Shown piece by piece: positions 1-10,028 of a stretch of DNA of 64,000 bases. The stretch comes from Alkalibacterium sp. (GTDB lineage Bacteria; Bacillota; Bacilli; Lactobacillales; Carnobacteriaceae_A). Position 1 is the stretch's first letter, and every line of letters begins with the position of its first letter. Location of the stretch: positions 5,785 through 69,784 of the forward strand of contig NZ_JAWOBT010000133.1 of assembly GCF_046484155.1 (NCBI RefSeq), in the 5' to 3' direction. The translations under genes were made by a program, and so were the position numbers. Under the pieces are notes generated by a model. The model was given only the letters and a program-made list of their open reading frames with translations. It was not told the origin of the DNA and did no database searches.

Positions 1-1
1 A

Positions 2-535
2 GTGGCTGAATATCCTGTAACTTCAAGTGAATTCGAAGATGATGAAGCAATTATCAACATGGAGATGCTCACCGAATTGATTCGTTCTGTTCGTTCTATA
101 AGGTTGGAGGCTAATCGGTCTCTATCTAAAAAGATCGACATATTGATAAAAACAAAAAGCGAGAAAGAAAAAGCTTTCTTACTGGAAAACCAGTCATTTA
201 TCGAACGATTCTGTAATCCTAATGAGTTGATCATTGATACTGAAGTTGAAGTTCCAGGCGAAGTAAAATCAGCAGTCATTTCTGGAGCAGAGGTCTATCT
301 TCCTCTGGCTGGTTTAGTTGATATTGAAGAAGAAATAGAGCGTCTAGAACAGGAAAAAATGAAGTGGCAAAAAGAAATGGATAGAGTAGAGCAAAAACTG
401 GCAAATGAAAAATTTGTTCAGAATGCGCCCGATAAGATTGTGAATGCTGAAAAAGAAAAAGGGAAAGACTACAAAGAAAAATATGATGCAATAACGAACC
501 AAATCGTAAAATTAAAACAAGTAAAAGAGGGGTAA
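2..535 (+). CDS. valS: Valine--tRNA ligase, C-terminal part (begins upstream of window)
   Basis: C-terminal coiled-coil arm LPLAGLVDIEEEIERL...KLANEKFVQNAP; usual valS-radC-mreB context. Confidence 0.95.
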   Translation: MAEYPVTSSEFEDDEAIINMEMLTELIRSVRSIRLEANRSLSKKIDILIKTKSEKEKAFLLENQSFIERFCNPNELIIDTEVEVPGEVKSAVISGAEVYLPLAGLVDIEEEIERLEQEKMKWQKEMDRVEQKLANEKFVQNAPDKIVNAEKEKGKDYKEKYDAITNQIVKLKQVKEG

Positions 536-537
536 AT

Positions 538-1194
538 ATGAACTCTGTTGTAATATTTGATATGGATGGCTTGATGTTTGATACCGAACCTATTCACTAT
601 AAGGCTAATCAAAAAACCGCAGATGCTTTAAATATACCTTTCGATTATTCTTTTTATGAGAAATTTATCGGCGTGAGCGAATCTGATTTTTTTGAAGCGA
701 TGTATAAGCAGTTTCCAGAAAAAAAAGTAGATCAGTTTATTATCGATAATAAAATAAATGTGGAAGATCTTTTATTTACTGAGCTACCTCAGTTAAAAAT
801 AGGACTGATAGAGTTGCTTACCTATTTGAAAGAGGAAGGGTACAAAACGGTTGTAGCCTCAAGTTCAGAAAGGGAAATAGTGGACAGATTATTACAACTG
901 ACCAATTTACACACCTATTTTGATGATTTTATAGGAGGGGATGAGGTGGCTAAATCTAAACCACATCCTGAAATATTCCAAAAAGCAGCTCAATTAGTTG
1001 GGGATGAAAAGTCAGAAATATTAGTTCTGGAAGACTCTTTAAATGGTATAAGAGCGGCCTGTTCAGCTGGATACAAAGTCATCATGGTCCCCGACTTGAT
1101 TCGCCCGACCGCAGAGGCAATAACTAAAACATTAGACATTTGTGAGAATTTGGAAGAAGTTCTAATGAAAATAAAAAGTGAGAAAATAATTTAA
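538..1194 (+). CDS. HAD-family phosphatase (beta-PGM/CbbY-like)
   Basis: Motif I FDMDGLMFDTE, KPHPEIF, motif IV LEDSLNG. Confidence 0.9.
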   Translation: MNSVVIFDMDGLMFDTEPIHYKANQKTADALNIPFDYSFYEKFIGVSESDFFEAMYKQFPEKKVDQFIIDNKINVEDLLFTELPQLKIGLIELLTYLKEEGYKTVVASSSEREIVDRLLQLTNLHTYFDDFIGGDEVAKSKPHPEIFQKAAQLVGDEKSEILVLEDSLNGIRAACSAGYKVIMVPDLIRPTAEAITKTLDICENLEEVLMKIKSEKII

Positions 1195-1208
1195 TGGATA
1201 GTATCTAT

Positions 1209-1240
1209 AGAGGAGAAGATTAAAATCTTCTCTTCTTTTT
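1209..1240 (+). terminator. Intrinsic terminator after the HAD gene
   Basis: AGAGGAGAAGATT/AATCTTCTCTTCT hairpin followed by a T run. Confidence 0.7.
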
Positions 1241-1257
1241 ATTTAGGAGGAAAATTT

Positions 1258-1941
1258 ATGCTTAATCAAAAATTTATCGATGTTCCAGAACAGTCACGGC
1301 CTAGAGAGAGAATGGCAGAATATGGACCTTCCGCCTTAGCTAATCATGAATTACTCGCGATTTTATTAAGGACAGGGACCAAAGATTACAACGTGTTACA
1401 GCTGAGCATGCAAGTTTTCTCATGCTTTGATGATCTATATATGTTTAAAAATGCATCACTTGAAGAATTACTAGCTATTCCAGGAATAGGGAAAGCCAAA
1501 GCGGTTGAATTACTTGCTTCGATCGAACTGGGTAAACGAATGGCGAAATCAACTGTCCTAAAAGAGGGCGCCATTACTTCAAGTCAATTTGTGGGGAAAT
1601 TATTATTGGAAGAACTCAGTGGTCTCCAACAAGAATTGGTTGTTGGATTGTTTTTAAATACTAAGAACGAAATAATAAAAAAAGAGACAATATTTAAAGG
1701 AGGTTTAAACTCGAGTGTCGCTCACCCTAGAGAAATATTTAAAGCCGCTATCAAATATTCCTCTGCAAGAATTATTATTGCTCACAACCATCCCTCGGGA
1801 AATCCTGAACCGTCAGAAGCGGATCTAGCATTCACGAAAAGAATGAGCGAAGCTGGGAAAATCGTGGGCATTGAACTTCTGGATCACTTTATCATAGGAG
1901 AAGATCGCTATGTCAGTCTAAAAGAATATGGAGCCTTGTAA
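1258..1941 (+). CDS. radC: RadC (JAB/MPN domain) protein
   Basis: RPRERM, ELLAILLRTG, HPREIF, HNHPSG..PS..D, LLDH. Confidence 0.95.
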   Translation: MLNQKFIDVPEQSRPRERMAEYGPSALANHELLAILLRTGTKDYNVLQLSMQVFSCFDDLYMFKNASLEELLAIPGIGKAKAVELLASIELGKRMAKSTVLKEGAITSSQFVGKLLLEELSGLQQELVVGLFLNTKNEIIKKETIFKGGLNSSVAHPREIFKAAIKYSSARIIIAHNHPSGNPEPSEADLAFTKRMSEAGKIVGIELLDHFIIGEDRYVSLKEYGAL

Positions 1942-2003
1942 TGATCTTTGAGTGATTATATAGAATAACAGTTAATTAATTTGTACGAATAAGCAGTATT
2001 TAC

Positions 2004-2149
2004 TTGCATTATTGTGTTTTGCATGGTAATATGAATTTAGCATTTTGTTAGGGAAAGAAAAAAGTAATGTGTAATAACATTCCGATTCGTACCTTTAGCA
2101 ATAATGTGAAATAATTTGTGCATTTAAGGCACGAGGAGGAAACAGTAAT
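2004..2149 (+). promoter_or_regulatory. SigA promoter and long 5' UTR of the cold-shock gene
   Basis: TTGCAT-17 bp-TAATAT with extended TG; about 110-nt leader typical of csp genes. Confidence 0.6.
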
Positions 2150-2350
2150 ATGGAAAATGGTACAGTAAAATGGTTTAACGCAGAAAAAGGATTTGGATTT
2201 ATCGAGCGCGAAGGTGCAGAAGATGTATTTGTACATTTCTCAGCTATTAACGAAGAAGGATTCAAATCATTAGAAGAAGGTCAAGCAGTTACTTTCGATA
2301 TCGAAGAAGGCGCACGCGGACCTCAAGCAGCAAACGTAGAAAAAGCGTAA
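2150..2350 (+). CDS. cspA: Cold-shock protein
   Basis: [15 protein letters not shown] (RNP1), DVFVHFSAI (RNP2); paralog letter uncertain. Confidence 0.95.
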   Translation: MENGTVKWFNAEKGFGFIEREGAEDVFVHFSAINEEGFKSLEEGQAVTFDIEEGARGPQAANVEKA

Positions 2351-2373
2351 TACTAAACTATTATAATTTTTTT

Positions 2374-2407
2374 AACCGAGTAGGATTTATATCCTACTCG
2401 GTTTTTT
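2374..2407 (+). terminator. Intrinsic terminator of csp
   Basis: AACCGAGTAGGAT/ATCCTACTCGGTT followed by a T run. Confidence 0.85.
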
Positions 2408-2568
2408 AGTGCGTCAAAATAGGATAACATCACGTTTCAAATATTAAATTTGGAATAAAGTCTAAGTTAGCTAGTGCATAATCACTTTGAAAAGGGTACA
2501 ATAGTATATTGTAATGCTAAATTAAAAATATAATTGATATGTTAGAGTTTTGAAAGGGGATTTTTTTA

Positions 2569-3579
2569 GTGTTTTGGTTCAGAAAAAAAGGGGTCGGTAT
2601 TGATTTAGGTACCGCTAATACAAAAGTATATATTGAAGGTAAGGGTATTGTTCTAGGCGAACCTTCAGTGGTAGCAAAAGATAAAACAAATAATGAAGTT
2701 GTATCAGTTGGTGAAGATGCTCAAAAAATGATTGGTCGTACACCTGGAAGTATTGTTGCGTTACGTCCGATGAAAGATGGCGTTATTGCTGATTTTGATA
2801 CGACAGCTGCGATGATAGAATATTTTATCACCAAGGCAGTGGGAAAACGCGGATCTAAACCTGAAGTAATCGTATGTGTTCCTGGTGGCGGTACTGAGGT
2901 TGAAAAGAGAGCGATTATCGATGCGGCAAAAATGGCCGGTGCAAGAGATGCTTATTTAATAGAGGAACCATTTGCAGCCGCAATTGGGGCAGGCTTACCT
3001 GTTAACGAACCGACTGGTAGTATGGTGGTCGATATTGGTGGAGGAACCACTGATGTTGCTACAATATCTTTAGGAGGAATTGTAAGCAGTCGTACGATTA
3101 AAATGGCTGGTGATCAAATGGATCAATCGATTATTCATTTCATCAGAAATAAATATAATTTACTCATAGGAGAAAGAACAGCTGAAGCAGTGAAGATGGA
3201 ATTAGGTAGTGCTTCTATTGAGGCAGCCAAAGATATGGGTTCTATGGACATCAGAGGAAGAGATTTGTTAACTGGATTACCCAAAACAATCTCAATTCCA
3301 GCGATTGACGTAGCTGAAGCTATCAAAGAAGTTATAGAAGGTATCCTCGTTGCTGTTAAAGGAACATTGGAAGATACATCCCCAGAAATTTCAGCCGACG
3401 TTATTGATCGAGGTATCGTCTTAACGGGCGGGGGAGCAATGTTAAAACATCTTAGCGATGTGATTGCTGAAGAAACAGACGTCCCTGTTTTTGTTGCAAG
3501 CAATCCTTTGGACTGTGTAGCAATAGGAACCGGCGAAGCATTAAATCACTTAGATATTTACAGAAAACAATCTAGGTAA
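2569..3579 (+). CDS. mreB: Rod shape-determining actin homolog
   Basis: [22 protein letters not shown]; followed by mreCD. Confidence 0.95.
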   Translation: MFWFRKKGVGIDLGTANTKVYIEGKGIVLGEPSVVAKDKTNNEVVSVGEDAQKMIGRTPGSIVALRPMKDGVIADFDTTAAMIEYFITKAVGKRGSKPEVIVCVPGGGTEVEKRAIIDAAKMAGARDAYLIEEPFAAAIGAGLPVNEPTGSMVVDIGGGTTDVATISLGGIVSSRTIKMAGDQMDQSIIHFIRNKYNLLIGERTAEAVKMELGSASIEAAKDMGSMDIRGRDLLTGLPKTISIPAIDVAEAIKEVIEGILVAVKGTLEDTSPEISADVIDRGIVLTGGGAMLKHLSDVIAEETDVPVFVASNPLDCVAIGTGEALNHLDIYRKQSR

Positions 3580-3586
3580 ATATATC

Positions 3587-3619
3587 AAACTAGCGGGAAG
3601 ACGTTCTTCCCGCTAGTTT
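3587..3619 (+). terminator. Hairpin between mreB and mreC
   Basis: AAACTAGCGGGAAGA/TCTTCCCGCTAGTTT; short T tail. Confidence 0.6.
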
Positions 3620-3740
3620 AATGAATGAGCACTTATCACTAACTCATTATTAGTATAATCCACTCATTTTTATCTGCCTCTACGAACAGTCGATAATCTA
3701 TGGTAAAATAAGCAAAGTTAAATTATATGAGGTGTCATAA

Positions 3741-4595
3741 TTGAACCAATTTTTCACAAATAAAAAATTAATCGTATTACTTGTTAGTGTCATTTTATTT
3801 GTTTCACTTATTTCATTTTCGACGAGAAACGCTGGGAATATACCCTTTGTTCAGCAAGCAACCAATGATATAACTGCAGTACTAGGTAGGGTGTATTCAA
3901 AACCTGCCAATGCCGTCATCAATGTGTTTGCTTCAATTGATGATTTACAAAATACGTATGAAGAAAATCAAAGATTAAAAATTGAAATAGATCGTATCTA
4001 TGAACGTCAAGCTGAGTTAAACACGCTTAAAGACGAGAATGAGCGATTAGAAGAAGAACTTGATTTAAAACAATCATTAACAGATTATCGGACTATCTCC
4101 GGTACCGTTATCTCCAGAAATCCAGACAATTGGGTTGACCAGATTGTTGTTGACCGCGGAAGTCAAGATGGCGTAGAAATAGGTATGCCAGTGATGTCTG
4201 GGAATGGATTGATAGGTAGAATTTCCGAAACAAATCCAACGAGTTCAAAAGTTGTTTTGTTAACAAATATTGAACAAACATCCAATCAAGTTTCCTCAGA
4301 AGTCGTAATGGAAGACGATACAGTGTATGGAATAATAAGCAATTTTAATAATGAAACTAATCGCTTATTAATGTCTCAAATAACTTCGACTGTGGATATT
4401 GAAGAAGGCGAATTAGTGACCACTTCCGGATTGGGGGGATCGATTCCCAGAGGTTTAGTCATTGGCGAAGTGAATGAAGTATCCATGGATTCCCACGGTC
4501 TTGCTCAACAAGTGTACGTGACTCCATCAGCAGATTTTAATAATATTCGCTTTGTTACAATTATTCACCGTACAGCTGAGAGTGGTGAAGAGTAA
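3741..4595 (+). CDS. mreC: Rod shape-determining protein MreC
   Basis: N-terminal TM helix, coiled coil (ENERL), DRGSQDGV, TSGLGG..P.GL.IG. Confidence 0.95.
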   Translation: MNQFFTNKKLIVLLVSVILFVSLISFSTRNAGNIPFVQQATNDITAVLGRVYSKPANAVINVFASIDDLQNTYEENQRLKIEIDRIYERQAELNTLKDENERLEEELDLKQSLTDYRTISGTVISRNPDNWVDQIVVDRGSQDGVEIGMPVMSGNGLIGRISETNPTSSKVVLLTNIEQTSNQVSSEVVMEDDTVYGIISNFNNETNRLLMSQITSTVDIEEGELVTTSGLGGSIPRGLVIGEVNEVSMDSHGLAQQVYVTPSADFNNIRFVTIIHRTAESGEE

Positions 4596-5158
4596 TGCCT
4601 AATTGGAAGAAAATTATTATCCCCATTTTCTTATTGTTTTTTACATTACTGATCGACGGGGGCATAACCTATTTATTTCGTGATCAATTAAATTCTTCTA
4701 TAGGCTTGATGATCCCACGATTAGTTATTATCACCCTAATCATGTTGGCTTTTTACTTGGACCCAAAGCAACTATTTATTCTTTCATTCACTTTTGGATT
4801 TATATACGATAGTTACTATAGCGGAGTTTTAGGTGTGTACATTGCAGCTTTTGTTTTAATCACTTATCTGGTCATTCAAATCCGTCAAATCATCAACCCT
4901 CATTTCTATGCTATACTGTTGGTCAATATAGTAATCTTAACGGTCATGGAAGTGTTCGTTTTTGGGGTATATAGAGGCATCGGATTGTCTGATTTGACAC
5001 TTCAATTTTTTTTAGTTGATCGTTTACGAGGAACTTTATTGTTTAATACAGTGGTATTTTTAATTATTGGTTATCCGCTTAAAGAATGGATGAAAGTATT
5101 AGTTAATACAGATGAAAATAAAACGGGTAAAAATAAAAAGAGTACATCAATTAGATAA
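4595..5158 (+). CDS. mreD: Rod shape-determining protein MreD
   Basis: Polytopic membrane protein with GFIYDSYY; overlaps mreC stop. Confidence 0.9.
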   Translation: MPNWKKIIIPIFLLFFTLLIDGGITYLFRDQLNSSIGLMIPRLVIITLIMLAFYLDPKQLFILSFTFGFIYDSYYSGVLGVYIAAFVLITYLVIQIRQIINPHFYAILLVNIVILTVMEVFVFGVYRGIGLSDLTLQFFLVDRLRGTLLFNTVVFLIIGYPLKEWMKVLVNTDENKTGKNKKSTSIR

Positions 5159-5176
5159 AAACTAGAGGTGAACAAA

Positions 5177-5863
5177 ATGAAGAGTGCTGTATCATTAAAG
5201 GGTACAAAAGAAGGTTATCAACTTATTATACAATCTTCAGCTTCTATGCAAGACGTGTATAAAGATCTTAAAACATTAACAGTACAGTTAAAAAAAGATT
5301 CTCATGCTGGAAGAGAAATTGAATTTCATGTAAAAACTGGGCAGCGGGAGTTAACTGATGATGAAAAAAATGAGATAATCGATATTATTGAAGATGACTA
5401 CTTTAAAATCTCTACATTTGAATCAGATGTCATGTCGCTGGCTAAATTTATGAAGTGGCATAATCAGACAAGTCCGTCACTAGAAGTCAGAACAGTTAGA
5501 AGTGGTCAGATTGTTGAATCTGAGGGCGATATGTTACTGATTGGGGTTGTACATCCCGGGGGGACAGTACGTGCCACAGGGAGCATTTTTATTATCGGTG
5601 AGTTAAAAGGAATAGCTCATGCAGGCATTAATGGAAAAGAAAGTGCAGTTGTGGTAGCTAATTTCCGTTACAATGCTCAAGTGCGCATTGGAGATAACGT
5701 TCACGTCATTGAAAAAAAAGATCAGACTAACGATGAAAACTCTGATACAGTTGAATTTGTATATGTTAATGATTTACATATCATTGAAGTCTCGCCCCTA
5801 GAAAATTTAAAAGCCATTCGTCCGGAAATGGGTAAACATGCAGGAGGTATTTATAATGGGTAA
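5177..5863 (+). CDS. minC: Septum site-determining protein MinC
   Basis: LKGTKEG, TVRSGQ, G.V.PGG.V.A.G..HAG; ATG at 5177 behind GAGGTG preferred over GTG at 5168. Confidence 0.9.
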   Translation: MKSAVSLKGTKEGYQLIIQSSASMQDVYKDLKTLTVQLKKDSHAGREIEFHVKTGQRELTDDEKNEIIDIIEDDYFKISTFESDVMSLAKFMKWHNQTSPSLEVRTVRSGQIVESEGDMLLIGVVHPGGTVRATGSIFIIGELKGIAHAGINGKESAVVVANFRYNAQVRIGDNVHVIEKKDQTNDENSDTVEFVYVNDLHIIEVSPLENLKAIRPEMGKHAGGIYNG

Positions 5864-6650
5864 AGCTATAGTTATTACATCAGGTAAGGGTGGAGTAGGA
5901 AAAACGACATCCACCGCAAATATTGGGACAGCTTTAGCCCTTCAAGGTAAAAAAGTTTGTTTAGTAGATATGGATATAGGATTAAGAAATTTAGACGTTA
6001 TTCTCGGTCTGGAAAATCGAATCATCTATGATATTATCGACATAGTAGAAGGAAGAGCAAAATTACATCAAGCACTCATAAAAGATAAAAGATTTAACGA
6101 TCAGCTATTCTTGCTTCCAGCCGCGCAACATGCAGATAAAAATGCCATAAACGAGAATCAGATGATCGAATTAATGGATGAACTGAGAAGCGATTTTGAT
6201 TATATCTTAATCGATTGTCCTGCCGGGATCGAACAAGGATTTAAAAATTCCATAGCGGCAGCTGACGAAGCGATCTTGGTAACTACACCAGAAATATCGG
6301 CTATCAGAGATGCAGACAGAATTATCGGATTAATTGAACAGACTTCGATCCAGTCGCCGCAATTAGTTATCAATCGTATCCGAAAAGGTATGATGGAGGC
6401 AGGAGACGTAATGGACATTGAAGAAATCACACGTCATCTATCTATCAAGCTTTTAGGTATTGTCTTCGAAGATGATGAAGTTGTGCGTTCATCTAATAAA
6501 GGGAATCCGGTCGTCTTAGACCCGGATCATCCGTCTTCGCAGGGATATAGAAACATTGCGAGAAGAATATTGGGAGATACCGTACCTTTAATGACCATAA
6601 AAGAAGAAAAAGTAAGTATTTGGAAAAAAATATTTGGATTTAAAAAATAA
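5856..6650 (+). CDS. minD: Septum site-determining ATPase MinD
   Basis: SGKGGVGKTT, DIGLRNLD, C-terminal amphipathic WKKIFG; SD GGAGGT. Confidence 0.97.
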   Translation: MGKAIVITSGKGGVGKTTSTANIGTALALQGKKVCLVDMDIGLRNLDVILGLENRIIYDIIDIVEGRAKLHQALIKDKRFNDQLFLLPAAQHADKNAINENQMIELMDELRSDFDYILIDCPAGIEQGFKNSIAAADEAILVTTPEISAIRDADRIIGLIEQTSIQSPQLVINRIRKGMMEAGDVMDIEEITRHLSIKLLGIVFEDDEVVRSSNKGNPVVLDPDHPSSQGYRNIARRILGDTVPLMTIKEEKVSIWKKIFGFKK

Positions 6651-6681
6651 TTGTGCTATGATAAAAAAATAATAAATGGGC

Positions 6682-6948
6682 TATGATGAGAAAAAGTAAG
6701 AGAATATCTTTTACAGAGAGGTTACGTTAGGTGAGAGTAACTAAAAGATTACTTTGAAAACACATCTCTAAGCTTTAAGCTGAAACTTTAGTAAGCTTGA
6801 TCGGATGCACCCGTTATCGTGCCAGCGTTTAGCAGTTTTGAACGTGTTGAGGTGACAATTTTACATATTGTTACGAATAAAGGTGGGACCACGATATTTA
6901 ATCGTCCTTTAATTCTCTTTTACAGAGGATTAAAGGGCGTTTTTTTTT
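6682..6948 (+). promoter_or_regulatory. T-box riboswitch, His specifier (CAC)
   Basis: Stem I with AGTA/GAA S-turn, AGAGA and GTGA apical motifs; CAC at 6761-6763; T-box AAAGGTGGGACCACG at 6879-6893; terminator 6903-6948. Confidence 0.92.
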
Positions 6949-7020
6949 ATGTAAGGACTGCAGACTTACGTAAAATAGACGGAAGAATGAAAATGATGAA
7001 ATTTATAGGAGGAAAAACTA

Positions 7021-7803
7021 ATGAATAAATCAAAAGGGCTATTAATGGGGTTACTCGTATCAGGAATCGTATTGACTGGATGTCAAACAAATGAGGCAGA
7101 GAGCGGAGTGGAAGATAACACCTACGTCATTGGATTGGATGATACATTTGCTCCAATGGGATTCAGAGATGATGACGGTGAACTAATTGGTTTTGACATA
7201 GATTTAGCTGAAGCCGTAGCAGAAGATTTAGACCGGTCCATAACATTTCAACCAATCGATTGGGCAATGAAAGAAACCGAATTAAATGCCGGAAACATCG
7301 ATATGATATGGAACGGCTACACCATAACAGATGAACGCGCAGAACAAGTTGATTTTGGAACACCTTATTTAGAAAATAGTCAGTTGATTATTACCTTAGA
7401 AGAAAATGACATAGAGACAAAATCAGATTTAGCAAACAAAAAAATAGCAGCGCAGCAATCTTCTAGTGCAGTAAGTGCTATTGAAAGTGATCCGTCAAAT
7501 ATTATTACTCAGTTTAACAACGGAGAAGTTATTCAATTCCCATCAAATAACGATGTATTCAATGATCTGATTTCTGGTCGCAGCGAGGCAATTGTCGTAG
7601 ATGAAACTTTAGGCCGTTTTTATATGGCTCAAAACCAGTCACCTAATTATAAAATTTTAGAGGATGATTTTGGGAAAGAAGAATACGCTATTGGATTTAG
7701 GCAGGGAGACGATGAGTTGAGAGAAGAAGTTAACGCATCGTTGGAAAGGCTTATGGAAAATGGGACGTATGATGATATTTACCAAACATGGTTCAGTAAG
7801 TAA
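7021..7803 (+). CDS. Amino acid ABC transporter substrate-binding lipoprotein (probably His)
   Basis: Lipobox LTGC; IGLDDTFAPMGF, GFDIDLA; family 3 binding protein. Confidence 0.9.
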   Translation: MNKSKGLLMGLLVSGIVLTGCQTNEAESGVEDNTYVIGLDDTFAPMGFRDDDGELIGFDIDLAEAVAEDLDRSITFQPIDWAMKETELNAGNIDMIWNGYTITDERAEQVDFGTPYLENSQLIITLEENDIETKSDLANKKIAAQQSSSAVSAIESDPSNIITQFNNGEVIQFPSNNDVFNDLISGRSEAIVVDETLGRFYMAQNQSPNYKILEDDFGKEEYAIGFRQGDDELREEVNASLERLMENGTYDDIYQTWFSK

Positions 7804-7818
7804 GATTAAATAGTAGGA

Positions 7819-8457
7819 GTGAGATTTATGTTGTGGTCAGCCTTGCCTTCTATTATTGAAGGCTTAGAATTAACCTTGAAGTTGTTTGGTTTAGTATTGG
7901 TGCTTTCCCTTCCGCTAGGCTTAGGTATAGCGGCGCTCAAAGTATACGGACCTAAATTCTTACAGGGAATCATCACGCTTTATATTTATGTTATGCGAGG
8001 GACGCCACTGTTGCTTCAGTTAATGTTTGTGTTTTTTGGCTTACCATATATTGGAATAACACTCGACCGGTTTCCATCTGCTGTCTTTGCTTTTGTATTA
8101 AATTATGCAGCCTATTTTGCGGAAATATTCAGAGGGGGAATGATCGGTGTCCCCAGTGGTCAATTTGAAGCTTTGAAAGTTTTAGGAATCAATCATTTTA
8201 AAGGATACGCTAAAGTCATTTTTCCGCAAGTTTTAAAAACGACTCTTCCAAGCGTAGGAAACGAAGTTCTCGCTTTAGTCAAAGATACATCACTTGTTTA
8301 TATCCTTGGTTTAGGAGAGGTTTTACGAGCAGGTCAAATTGCGGCTAACAGATATGCTTCCCTTATTCCGTTCATATTTGTTGGTGTACTGTACCTCGTC
8401 ATCACAGGAATCATTTCATACATGTTGAATAGAATCGAGAAGAATTACCAAATGTAG
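7819..8457 (+). CDS. Amino acid ABC transporter permease
   Basis: RGTPLLLQL, AAYFAEIFRGG, LVKDTSL. Confidence 0.92.
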   Translation: MRFMLWSALPSIIEGLELTLKLFGLVLVLSLPLGLGIAALKVYGPKFLQGIITLYIYVMRGTPLLLQLMFVFFGLPYIGITLDRFPSAVFAFVLNYAAYFAEIFRGGMIGVPSGQFEALKVLGINHFKGYAKVIFPQVLKTTLPSVGNEVLALVKDTSLVYILGLGEVLRAGQIAANRYASLIPFIFVGVLYLVITGIISYMLNRIEKNYQM

Positions 8458-8470
8458 AGGAGCTTGACTG

Positions 8471-9115
8471 ATGCTTGAAATCAATAATTTGAGTAAAAAA
8501 ATGAATGGTATCGATCTTATAAAAGACTTTTCTCTCACGGTGAACAAAAGAGAAATCGTCTCTGTCGTAGGAGAATCTGGCTCAGGGAAAACAACCTTTA
8601 TTCGTCTGTTGAATCAGTTAGATATACCAGATGAAGGACAAATTAGATTAGATGGCGTAACTTTGTTTTCTACTCAAGAAGCCTACAAAAATGCCAATAA
8701 AAAAATCGGACTAGTTTTCCAAGATTTTCAGCTTTTTCCTAATTTAACTGTCAAAGAAAATTGTACGCTTAGCCCGATACTCAATAAGGAATTAAGCAAA
8801 GAAGATGCAGATAAGAAAGCTGGAGAGTTATTAGTTAAATTATCTCTTTCGGATAAACAGAATGTTTATCCAAAAGCATTGTCTGGGGGGCAACAGCAGC
8901 GTGTGGCCATTGCTCGTGCTTTAATGTTGGAACCACAAATTTTATGTTTGGATGAACCTACTTCTGCACTGGATCAAGATACGGCTAATCGTTTTGGAGA
9001 ATTGTTGATGTCGATAATCAAAAATGATGTTGGAGTTATTATGATTACACATGATTTAGGTTTTGCTGAAAAATTTAGCGATCGGACCATTTCTTCTGCC
9101 AGATTTTTAAGATAA
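8471..9115 (+). CDS. Amino acid ABC transporter ATP-binding protein
   Basis: GESGSGKT, LSGGQQQRVAIARAL, DEPTSALD. Confidence 0.92.
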   Translation: MLEINNLSKKMNGIDLIKDFSLTVNKREIVSVVGESGSGKTTFIRLLNQLDIPDEGQIRLDGVTLFSTQEAYKNANKKIGLVFQDFQLFPNLTVKENCTLSPILNKELSKEDADKKAGELLVKLSLSDKQNVYPKALSGGQQQRVAIARALMLEPQILCLDEPTSALDQDTANRFGELLMSIIKNDVGVIMITHDLGFAEKFSDRTISSARFLR

Positions 9116-9204
9116 ACCTGTTGATGACCGAACAGCAAATTTCTCGCTGTAAAACTATTGATTGACTCTAAATGTTTAATTTGGTAAGATAACAATGTTG
9201 TAAA

Positions 9205-9278
9205 TGTGTAGCACCACAACTACAACCGCTCGTATATAAGTTTAAAAGCAGACTTCTGCTACTTACAACGGCGAGTCT
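9205..9278 (+). promoter_or_regulatory. Ribosomal protein L21 leader
   Basis: TGTAGCACC..CTACAACCGCTC...GGCGAGTCT pattern upstream of rplU, after a TTGACT-17-TAAGAT promoter. Confidence 0.8.
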
Positions 9279-9336
9279 AAGTGCTTAAGAATAAAACTAA
9301 ACATTTTATTCATTAATTAAAGGAGGTGCAACAAAC

Positions 9337-9648
9337 ATGTACGCAATTATCAAAACAGGTGGAAAACAGTTAAAAGTAGAAGAAGGTCAAGAAATCTTCG
9401 TAGAAAAATTAGACGGAGAAGCTGGCGATTCTGTAATTTTCGACGAAGTTTTGTTTGTTGGAGGAGACAATAGTGTCGTAGGTAGTCCCTTCATCAAAGG
9501 TGCTTCTGTAGAAGGTACGATTGAAAAACAAGGTCGTATGAAAAAAGTGACAACGTTTAAATACCGTCGTCGTAAAGATTCTCATACAAAAAAAGGCCAT
9601 CGCCAACCTTATACAAAAGTTTCTATCACATCAATTAAATCTAACTAA
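9337..9648 (+). CDS. rplU: 50S ribosomal protein L21
   Basis: [11 protein letters not shown]...GHRQPYT. Confidence 0.98.
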   Translation: MYAIIKTGGKQLKVEEGQEIFVEKLDGEAGDSVIFDEVLFVGGDNSVVGSPFIKGASVEGTIEKQGRMKKVTTFKYRRRKDSHTKKGHRQPYTKVSITSIKSN

Positions 9649-9670
9649 TATTTGAGAAAGTGAGACTGAA

Positions 9671-10012
9671 ATGATAGACATTCAATTTCGCCGTGAAGGT
9701 TCTAAAATAATGTCCGTAGAAATGTCTGGACATGCTGAAGCTGGCCCATACGGTAATGATATTGTTTGTGCTGCTGTTTCAGCTTTAAGTATTGGTACAG
9801 TAAATAGTCTATCAGAAATTGCTGAAATACCTGTTGATGTGATTTCTGCAAATGATTCTGGTGGATATTTAAAATTTACTTTACCTACTGATTTAACTCA
9901 AAAACAAATGGAAACTGGTCAAATACTCATGAAAAGTCTTTATTTGTCTTTAAAAAGTACAGAAGAAGAATATAATGAGTATCTTAGAATTAATTCCCTT
10001 GATGGGAAATAA
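9671..10012 (+). CDS. prp: Ribosomal-processing cysteine protease Prp
   Basis: SGHA...DIVCAAVS; lies between rplU and rpmA. Confidence 0.95.
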   Translation: MIDIQFRREGSKIMSVEMSGHAEAGPYGNDIVCAAVSALSIGTVNSLSEIAEIPVDVISANDSGGYLKFTLPTDLTQKQMETGQILMKSLYLSLKSTEEEYNEYLRINSLDGK

Positions 10013-10028
10013 TGGAGGTGCATTGAAT

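Noticed and set aside
1984-1991. Exact com-box TACGAATA
   Set aside because: It lies downstream of radC before a csp gene that has its own SigA promoter. A second copy (6872-6879) is just part of a T-box, so chance occurrence is likely.
6819-7028. 69-aa ORF upstream of the ABC transporter
   Set aside because: It overlaps the T-box antiterminator and terminator, has no SD and shows no recognisable motif.
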